NCBI GenBank assembly: GCA_026625185.1
Contig: CP113000.1
Span: 2,500,542-2,532,541 of the forward strand
DNA from: Thermodesulfobacteriota bacterium
GTDB lineage: Bacteria; Desulfobacterota; WTBG01; JAGOGO01
Length of the DNA stretch: 32,000 bases
Direction: 5' to 3'
A model generated the notes under the pieces. That model was not told the DNA's origin and searched no databases. It saw only the letters and a program-made list of their open reading frames with translations. The position numbers were made by a program, and so were the translations under genes. Of the stretch, positions 8,268 to 13,836 are shown piece by piece (positions within the stretch are counted from its first letter, which is position 1; the number at the start of each line of letters is the position of its first letter).

Positions 8268-9341
8268 TTACCCGGTAGTTTGTTCATTTTTTTGAAAAGA
8301 TAAAATTCTGGTGGCTTCTTTTTTAGAAAACCCGATTTTGCCCTCCAATAACTCTCGAAGGCCATGGGTGATGTTTGCAATCATTGCTTTTTCCTGGTAC
8401 AGTGCTTCCTCCCTTTCCATGTTTCCCGAGTTAATCATGTTGATATAACCAAAACAATGTTTGGTGCAACCAAAAAGCTTGAAATATGAGAAACTAATTA
8501 AAGGATACAAGGAGCAGTCCCCTCTCCAGGTTGAAACATTGCCTTGAGGTTTTCTCCATCCTAGTTCATTTATTATGGTATCTTTAATCTTCCTTCTATC
8601 CCAAGGTATATAGTCAAATAATTTGATCTCTCTGATGTCCTTTTCTTTTAGAACGGGTTTTCCCCGGTCCAAAATTGCTCTTCCAGGCATTGGAAACTCG
8701 AGCCGTTGTAAGAGCGCATGGTACTCAAGGCTGAGATTAGCCAGGTTGCATAATTTCTGAAGCCTGGTCTTCGGGGGCCGCAAAATTTTAAATGCTTCCT
8801 TGGTCAGATGTAAGGTTTTCTCTGCAGAGGACGAGCCCCAGAGTATTAATGGTGCTTTATGTTGTTTGGCCATTCGGTAAACATTGGTTTGAAAACCGTA
8901 TGAACATGCCCTGCAAAAGGAATTTGGTGGGAGTGATTTTAACGCACTCATGCGTATTGCATCCCTTACCATTTTGGATGCGACGTTTCTTTTTGAGCGG
9001 ATCGAGATCAAGTCAGCATTGAGTAACTCACAGGCGGTTTTCATATTTTTTACTGTTTGTTCATTACTGAATTCATTGTCGTAATTTACGGCGAGAACCT
9101 TTAAATCAAATTTTTTCCTCGCAATATACAAAACAAAGGTGCTATCTCTCCCGCCGCTGAGCGGGACAATACAATCATATTTATTGTTTTTCTTTTTTAT
9201 TGAAGAAATTATTTCTTCCAAAGCTTGCTCGCCTAAAAGTTGAGGCTTTTGCCAATCTCGACAAAAATTGCAAACTCCGTCCTTGTCAAAAGAAATGCCT
9301 ATCATTGTTTCTGGCATAATGCAACGGGAGCAACGTTTCAT
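8268..9341 (-). CDS. N-acetyl sugar amidotransferase (PP-loop ATP pyrophosphatase, WbpG/LPS-biosynthesis type)
   Basis: 357 aa. The N-terminal Cys-rich MKRCSRCIMPETMIGISFDKDGVCNFCRDW is characteristic of this family. The PP-loop SGGRDS is present. AAGGAG lies upstream of the ATG. Confidence 0.8.
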   Translation of the reverse strand: MKRCSRCIMPETMIGISFDKDGVCNFCRDWQKPQLLGEQALEEIISSIKKKNNKYDCIVPLSGGRDSTFVLYIARKKFDLKVLAVNYDNEFSNEQTVKNMKTACELLNADLISIRSKRNVASKMVRDAIRMSALKSLPPNSFCRACSYGFQTNVYRMAKQHKAPLILWGSSSAEKTLHLTKEAFKILRPPKTRLQKLCNLANLSLEYHALLQRLEFPMPGRAILDRGKPVLKEKDIREIKLFDYIPWDRRKIKDTIINELGWRKPQGNVSTWRGDCSLYPLISFSYFKLFGCTKHCFGYINMINSGNMEREEALYQEKAMIANITHGLRELLEGKIGFSKKEATRILSFQKNEQTTG

Positions 9342-9927
9342 CGTTTTTCTCCTTGAGAGTAGAAATTAGGTCAAGTCCTTTAAGGAATCTTCTCATTGTT
9401 AGACTAAGGTCGCTTTTGTAAGAACCAATTATTCATTAAACTTTTGCCAAATCAACGTGGGCGGTTAAGCGCTGTCCAGTCAATTTTGAGGTTTGTACCC
9501 GGTAGCTTTTTTGTGCTATACCTAAGCCCCAATTTTTCGGAAAATCACTCATGGAAATAATAATTCGGCTTAGCCATTTCCCAGGCTCCGGGAAAGGAAC
9601 TGCTTTTTCCCTTCCTTGTAACCAAGGGAGCATAAATAAGGAAACTATTTTTTATAGGAAATATATATAATAACATCTTCAAGGCGGTGTTTTTTCCCCC
9701 TGATAGACTTTGCTGCAATGCCTGGCGGGCCGGCTTTTTCCCCTTCTTTGTACCTTGGGGGCTGTTTCGATGGTCTTCTTCCTTTCCGACTGCCGCCATT
9801 ATAACCCTCTTTTTCACCTATGCAAACATAAAAAGTGCATAGTTTTATACCATGTTGCCCACTCGTTGCTAAAAGATGGACAATTCCTTTCAAAGAACGG
9901 GTTTATTATTAGTTATCAGCTATCACA

Positions 9928-9971
9928 CACGAGACTAACCCCCAAAACTGCTTTGAGCGGAAATGGGTAAG
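9928..9971 (+). repeat. 44-nt structured repeat, copy A1
   Basis: cacgagactaacccccaaaactgctttgagcggaaatgggtaag is identical to copy A2 at 42 of 44 positions. The internal hairpin ctgct-ttg-agcgg is flanked by ccca/tggg. Confidence 0.85.
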
Positions 9972-10001
9972 AATTTTTAAGATTAAAGTTTTAAGTTTTA
10001 A

Positions 10002-10111
10002 GGGTACCTCTAATAATTGCCACTTCGTGGCTTTCGCAAAATAATGAACATAATAATTTCAATTAGTTCCTTATTTCGGTTTTTCCAAAAAATGAATTTT
10101 TAGAGTCACCC
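10002..10111. mobile_element. MITE-like about 110-nt element, copy B1, with imperfect terminal inverted repeats
   Basis: The termini GGGTACCTCTAA... and ...TTAGAGTCACCC are inverted repeats. It shares ordered blocks with copy B2 (acctctaataatt / taatttcRattagttc / atttttagag). It has no coding capacity and is embedded in TTAAG-rich flanks. Confidence 0.55.
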
Positions 10112-10246
10112 TTAAGATTTAAGTGTTAAGCAACTTAAATCTTTAAACTTAAGCCCTTAAACTTATCGCTTTACGATTCACCATTTGCGGGGAAGGAAAA
10201 AGAAACGAGGGGCAAGGATAAAGGGTTAAGGGGGAAAAAGAAAAAC

Positions 10247-10275
10247 TTGACAAATTGCAGTCTTTTTATTACAAT
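10247..10275 (+). promoter_or_regulatory. Near-consensus sigma-70 type promoter for the toxin-antitoxin operon
   Basis: TTGACA (10247-10252), a 17-nt spacer, then TACAAT (10270-10275). The first plausible ATG (10283) is 8 nt after the -10 box, and no Shine-Dalgarno sequence lies between them. Confidence 0.6.
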
Positions 10276-10282
10276 GTACTAC

Positions 10283-10750
10283 ATGAAAGTTCTTATGGAC
10301 GCAGATTGCTTGATTAAGTTAACTAAGGCAAAACTCAAAGAAATTGTTTGTAATAATTTTTCGGTTTTCATCCCTCAGGCGGTCGAAAATGAAGTGGTCG
10401 ATAATGCCGGTGAGCATCCGGACGCTATAATTATTAAAAAAAATATTAACGATAATTTGCTCTCAGTTACCCAACAGAGATTGTCCCATCACAAAGGAGA
10501 GGATGCGGTATTCGCGCTTTTTCAACAAAAAAAATTTGACGCTATCTGTAGTGACGATAAACGATTCATAAGAAGGATTAAATCTTTTGATGTCGCGTAT
10601 ATAACTCCTGCGGTTTTTATTGTCATTTTACTAAAGCAGGGGGCATTAACCTTAAATGAAGCTTACCGTAAGCTGGATTTATTATCCCCGTTTGTTAGTG
10701 ATGATGAATACACTATTGTTAAGTCAGCTTTAGATCATTGGAGGGAGTAA
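10283..10750 (+). CDS. PIN-domain nuclease-like toxin (DUF3368/COG2405-like)
   Basis: Taken from the ORF-track entry 10247..10750. I prefer the start at MKVLMDADCLIKL because the upstream TTG coincides with the -35 box. It has an acidic N-terminal D-x-D, the segment IPQAVENEV, and a later SDDKRF acidic cluster, as in PIN folds. The stop overlaps the next gene's start (TAATG). Confidence 0.6.
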   Translation: MKVLMDADCLIKLTKAKLKEIVCNNFSVFIPQAVENEVVDNAGEHPDAIIIKKNINDNLLSVTQQRLSHHKGEDAVFALFQQKKFDAICSDDKRFIRRIKSFDVAYITPAVFIVILLKQGALTLNEAYRKLDLLSPFVSDDEYTIVKSALDHWRE

Positions 10751-11037
10751 TGAAAACGAAATCTCTCAGAATACCGAAAGAAATGATGGCTGCTCTCGAT
10801 CTGGTAGAAAAAGAAGAAAAAATAGAAGAAGCTACCGCCATGCGTAAACTTATGAAGATTGGTTTTGAAACGTATGTGGGTAATCTTTATAAACAAGGAA
10901 AAGTTACCCTTCGAGAGGCGGCACGGCTTCTTAACCTTAATCAGATAGAAACAATGAATATTTTTTTAGATGCCGGGATAAAAGGTAATCTTGAAGCCTC
11001 GGATGTGATTGCCTCGTTGCAAAGATTTTCTTCGTAA
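10750..11037 (+). CDS. UPF0175 (COG2886)-like antitoxin / small DNA-binding protein
   Basis: MKTKSLRIPKEMMAALD...LYKQGKVTLREAARLLNLNQIETMNIFLDAGI... matches the UPF0175 pattern (LY-x-x-GK-x-[ST]-L-x-x-AA-x-L, followed by a GI segment). GGAGGGAG lies directly upstream of the ATG at 10750. Confidence 0.6.
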   Translation: MKTKSLRIPKEMMAALDLVEKEEKIEEATAMRKLMKIGFETYVGNLYKQGKVTLREAARLLNLNQIETMNIFLDAGIKGNLEASDVIASLQRFSS

Positions 11038-11069
11038 AATACTTTTTCTTGTCCACGCTCATTGTACCC

Positions 11070-11113
11070 CACGAGCTTAACCCCCAAAACTGCTTTGAGC
11101 GGAAATGGGTAAG
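11070..11113 (+). repeat. 44-nt structured repeat, copy A2
   Basis: cacgagcttaacccccaaaactgctttgagcggaaatgggtaag starts 33 nt after the antitoxin stop. Confidence 0.85.
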
Positions 11114-11193
11114 GTAATCTGATTTTCATATCTCTTAATAACCTCGACCGTTCCGTTCGTAGAGTTGCCGTCAATGAAAATGTGTTCTATATT
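11113..11193 (-). pseudogene. Orphan fragment of a family-2 glycosyltransferase gene (27 codons)
   Basis: The minus-strand translation NIEHIFIDGNSTNGTVEVIKRYENQIT matches the highly conserved GT2 N-terminal segment (NIEhIvIDGGSTDGTvEiIkKYe). No GT2 N-terminus or catalytic remainder flanks it. It is bounded on both sides by A-repeat copies. Confidence 0.5.
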
Positions 11194-11225
11194 TACCCAA
11201 AAATGCTTTGAGCAGAAATGGGTAA
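11193..11225 (+). repeat. Degenerate copy A3 of the 44-nt repeat
   Basis: tttacccaaaaatgctttgagcagaaatgggtaa. The 3' part tgctttgagcagaaatgggtaa matches A2 at 21 of 22 positions. The 5' part is diverged and carries a 2-nt indel. Confidence 0.6.
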
Positions 11226-11522
11226 TTGAACTCCATGAATTTTTTTTGCCTCTTCTTATTTCATTCCAAGGATTCTCCTTAAGGTTCAGTAGTCGTCCCT
11301 GCAAATGTAAATCAAGAGGGGTAAACTTTCATTGCAAAGTTAGCAGGTTATAGGTTAGAGGTTATAAAGTAATCGTTATCCGGGGAGTCCCTCACAGAAC
11401 AGAGAAATTTTTCAAGCTTTCATTCCAAAAAGTAATTCTTTTTTAAAATATGCGGTTGCCGGGATGGGGACAAGACTGATAAACAGGCCCAAGTCCACGG
11501 CCAAATAAGTTTCCCGAAAGAC

Positions 11523-11744
11523 TTACTGGTCTTGTCCATCCGCAAACTTCACCCCCGTGAAGGGCAAATCGGTTACAAAGCCATAAAATTCACCTTTGGC
11601 AGTATTGGGGTTCATGACAAACTTCTTGTTGTCATTGATATAAATGTTGATTGAGCTCCCCGAACCACCTGTACCTGCCAGGTCAAGCCAGGCGCTGAAA
11701 GCCCAAAAAAGTCGTATTTGCCGGTCACGGTGCGGAAAGCATTT
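11523..11744 (-). pseudogene. Possible orphan C-terminal gene fragment (no start codon)
   Basis: A 73-codon open frame ends in TAA at 11523-11525: ...AWLDLAGTGGSGSSINIYINDNKKFVMNPNTAKGEFYGFVTDLPFTGVKFADGQDQ. The composition looks protein-like, but there is no upstream start or RBS. A neighbouring frame is open upstream of a T6 run, which suggests a frameshifted or truncated remnant. Confidence 0.3.
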
Positions 11745-11841
11745 TTAAATTTTTTCACACGGGGTAAATGCCTATGTGAAAGTCTTCTTACTTGGTTTCG
11801 CGCAACCGCTTAAAAAAATAAAAGAAAAATCTAAAAATAAT

Positions 11842-11950
11842 GGGCACCTCTAATAATTCCCAGTTTGTCACTCCGGCGAAGGCGGGAGTCCGGTAATTTC
11901 GATTAGTTCTGAATCCCTGCTTTCGCGGAAATGACATTTTTAGAGGAACC
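11842..11950. mobile_element. MITE-like about 110-nt element, copy B2
   Basis: Termini GGGCACCTCTAATAAT... and ...ATTTTTAGAGGAACC are inverted. The interior is cactccggcgaaggcgggagtccggtaatttcgattagttctgaatccctgctttcgcggaaatgac. Its spurious translation (track ORF 11788..11970) gives SFPRKQGF...TPAFAGVT. I recall this peptide signature from many hypothetical proteins in metagenome bins, where it marks a dispersed non-coding repeat. Confidence 0.55.
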
Positions 11951-12037
11951 ATAATGGGAGAAAAAATCAAATAGAAAGTTTATGAATCTGCCCAAAAGCG
12001 TAAAATTTCAACCGTCTTCCCCGGGCGAAATTTTTTC

Positions 12038-12066
12038 TTGACATTTTACTCTGTTAGGGTTAAAAA
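12038..12066 (+). promoter_or_regulatory. Candidate sigma-70 type promoter of a mini transcription unit
   Basis: TTGACA (12038-12043), a 17-nt spacer, then TAAAAA (12061-12066). Confidence 0.35.
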
Positions 12067-12076
12067 AAATAAAAAT

Positions 12077-12148
12077 ATGAAATCTAAAAACGATAGACGC
12101 AGAATAAAAAAGGGTGGTGCTATGGGGAATGGCTTTTATGATTGCTGA
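12077..12148 (+). CDS. Hypothetical 23-aa basic peptide (MKSKNDRRRIKKGGAMGNGFYDC); the locus may instead be a small RNA
   Basis: The ATG lies about 11 nt after the candidate -10 box with no SD sequence. The ORF is followed directly by a terminator-like hairpin. No homology is recognisable. Confidence 0.2.
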   Translation: MKSKNDRRRIKKGGAMGNGFYDC

Positions 12149-12159
12149 TAATATACCAG

Positions 12160-12197
12160 GCCGGATTGCCATACGAAAATGGCGACTGGCTTTTTTT
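12160..12197 (+). terminator. Intrinsic terminator-like hairpin plus T7 run
   Basis: Core stem gccat/atggc (12068-region, 6-nt loop acgaaa), extended by outer pairs gcc/ggc at 12160-12162 and 12188-12190. It is followed by ttttttt at 12191-12197. Confidence 0.45.
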
Positions 12198-12381
12198 GTT
12201 TTCGGCCCCCCTCATGCAACAGGTTTAACTGGCTTACATACTGAAATTTTCTGCCTTTGCCTTCTTACACAGAGTGTGCAATTATTGTTGAGTGGCAGGT
12301 GATAATCTGACCAGATGCCGACTATCACAAGAATAGGAATAAAAAGTTTAATAATAAGGATGGGCTGGTTTTTCCCCAGCG

Positions 12382-12516
12382 ATGTTTCGTTTATGGTCTG
12401 TAATACTTTATTTGCTGATTACAGTTTTCTTTTATATCGGGATCTATGCTTTAATCAGTAATCCCGCTGTCGGTCCAGCACTTATAGCTGAACAAGGCAC
12501 ACTGCCTACATCCTAA
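12382..12516 (+). CDS. Hypothetical 44-aa single-helix membrane peptide
   Basis: MFRLWSVILYLLITVFFYIGIYALISNPAVGPALIAEQGTLPTS has a clean hydrophobic helix. It lacks a convincing RBS and has no recognisable homology. Confidence 0.2.
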   Translation: MFRLWSVILYLLITVFFYIGIYALISNPAVGPALIAEQGTLPTS

Positions 12517-12828
12517 GTCTTTTTGGATCTATAATAATTATGTTAGTGCCGTTAATCGAAGGCTTTTATCTGCGAACCAGGCACCCTCAAGAAGTGGAAG
12601 AAACAGGCCTCGTAAGCAGAGTGGAAGGAGGGGGAGGTAACACTATTAAATGCTTAAAAAGGGAAAGGGGTGTTGAAAAATAAGTCCTTAATAAGTTCAC
12701 AAACTGCTCAAGGCCCATTAAAACTTTTTATACCGACGAAACTAACTGAGGGGATGTAAGATGGAAAGTGGCTAAAAGGCGGAAGTGGTATAGTAATTAT
12801 TAAGTGAGTGACAAAGGAGGTTAGAGCG

Positions 12829-13059
12829 ATGAAAGAACTGGTGGAGGTGCTTGTTAAGGCTTTGGTCGATAATCCCAACGCGGTGCAGGTAACAGAAGTA
12901 ATGGGTAATAATGTAATTATTGTTGAGGTGAAGGTAGATAAAAGTGATATGGGAAAAGTGATTGGGAAACACGGACAGACGGCGAGCGCGATTCGTACCC
13001 TTTTAAGCGCCACATCTGCAAAGCTTAAAAAACGCGCGGTGTTGGAAATCCTTGAGTAA
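12829..13059 (+). CDS. KH-domain RNA-binding protein (UPF0109/YlqC-like)
   Basis: MKELVEVLVKALVDNPNAVQV...VDKSDMGKVIGKHGQTASAIRTLL contains the KH GxxG loop (GKHG) and the family's typical N-terminus. AAGGAGG lies 7 nt before the ATG at 12829, so the track start at 12808 is unlikely. Confidence 0.8.
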   Translation: MKELVEVLVKALVDNPNAVQVTEVMGNNVIIVEVKVDKSDMGKVIGKHGQTASAIRTLLSATSAKLKKRAVLEILE

Positions 13060-13065
13060 TATAAC

Positions 13066-13095
13066 TTGACAATAGGTTACAATTAAGGTTATTTT
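13066..13095 (+). promoter_or_regulatory. Candidate promoter giving the RRM gene a leader of about 110-120 nt
   Basis: TTGACA (13066-13071), an 18-nt spacer, then TATTTT (13090-13095). The gene's ATG is at 13213, preceded by AAGGAGAG. Confidence 0.35.
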
Positions 13096-13212
13096 AGGTT
13101 CCTCGAAGATTATAAGGAAATAAACGTTTGTTTCTTTATATTGCCGGAAACCATATAGTCAACAGGTGAGTGAAGGGAAAATTTATTATTTATTAGAATA
13201 AGGAGAGTAAGA

Positions 13213-13560
13213 ATGAAGATCTATGTGGGAAATTTGTCGTATGAGGTGACTGAAGATGATTTAAAGCTGGCTTTCAAAGATTTTGGACAGATTGAAACCG
13301 TCACCCTTATTAAAGACAAATATAGTGGTCAATCAAAAGGATTTGGATTCGTGGAGTTTGCTTCTAAAGCAGAAGGACAGGCTGCGATTGACGGCCTCAA
13401 CGGAAAAGAGTTAAAAGGAAGAACTCTTAATGTGAATGAGGCTCGCCCTCGCCCTGAAGGTGGTTCCGGCGGATATGGTGGTCGCAAAGGAGGCGGAGGC
13501 GGCGGTGGTGGTAGAGGTGGATATGGCGGCGGCAGAGGAGGACGCGGGGGATACCGATAA
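13213..13560 (+). CDS. RRM-type RNA-binding protein with a Gly/Arg/Tyr-rich C-terminal tail
   Basis: RNP2 IYVGNL and RNP1 KGFGFVEF are present. The tail is GGSGGYGGRKGGGGGGGGRGGYGGGRGGRGGYR. An RBS is present and a terminator lies downstream. Confidence 0.9.
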   Translation: MKIYVGNLSYEVTEDDLKLAFKDFGQIETVTLIKDKYSGQSKGFGFVEFASKAEGQAAIDGLNGKELKGRTLNVNEARPRPEGGSGGYGGRKGGGGGGGGRGGYGGGRGGRGGYR

Positions 13561-13655
13561 ATACAACGTGACCGGTAACTTTAAGCACCAACGACCTAAA
13601 ATCTTGACTAATCTGGTGTCCCTTTATCTGAGATCGGCTTGATGTTGTAATCTAA

Positions 13656-13690
13656 AAAGAAGACCCATTCCATGGGTCTTCTTTTTTTTG
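13656..13690 (+). terminator. Rho-independent terminator of the RRM gene
   Basis: A 12-bp stem aaagaagaccca (13656-13667) pairs with tgggtcttcttt (13673-13684) around the loop ttcca, followed by a T run. Confidence 0.8.
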
Positions 13691-13836
13691 CTCTTACTTA
13701 AACTTCATTTTTATCTCGCTTCAAAATTCGTTTTGTTCGGATGATCCTCTTTACAACGGCAGTGGCGGATACCAGGTACAGCGGGATGAGCGCCCTCCGT
13801 GCCGGGGAAAAAAACGTGAAGGAGCTTAGTGTTCAT

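Noticed and set aside
9436-9970. Four overlapping ORFs (65-90 aa, both strands) in the 9342-9927 intergenic region.
   Set aside because: They are mutually overlapping. None has an RBS or a recognisable motif, and the composition is biased (Lys/Gly/Pro runs). The region may hold an unrecognised ncRNA, but I could not support any call.
9932-10130. Integron attC reading. GACTAAC/GCTTAAC at the start of the A repeats could serve as R'' (RYYYAAC), and GTTAAGC at 10124 as R' (GTTRRRY).
   Set aside because: A1 fits RYYYAAC imperfectly. The R''-R' distance (about 200 nt) is long. A2 has no GTTRRRY partner downstream. The 7-mer lies in a TTAAG-rich tract where chance matches are expected, and no intI is present. 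I kept it only as a weak hypothesis inside the repeat finding.
10247-10282. ORF-track start (TTG at 10247) for the PIN gene, giving the N-terminus MTNCSLFITMYY.
   Set aside because: That TTG is the first half of the TTGACA -35 hexamer of a near-consensus promoter. Transcription would begin downstream of it.
9928-11225. CRISPR array hypothesis for the 44-nt repeats. They have an internal hairpin and an ACCCCCAAAA...GGG pattern faintly reminiscent of some Cas13-type repeats.
   Set aside because: There are only three copies, spaced about 1.1 kb and 79 nt apart. The first 'spacer' contains two intact genes and a promoter, and the second is a gene fragment. There is no regular periodicity and no cas genes in the window.
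11788-11970. 60-aa ORF MIFSPIMVPLKMSFPRKQGFRTNRNYRTPAFAGVTNWELLEV...
   Set aside because: It spans the MITE-like element B2 and is a spurious translation of a non-coding repeat. It has no RBS.
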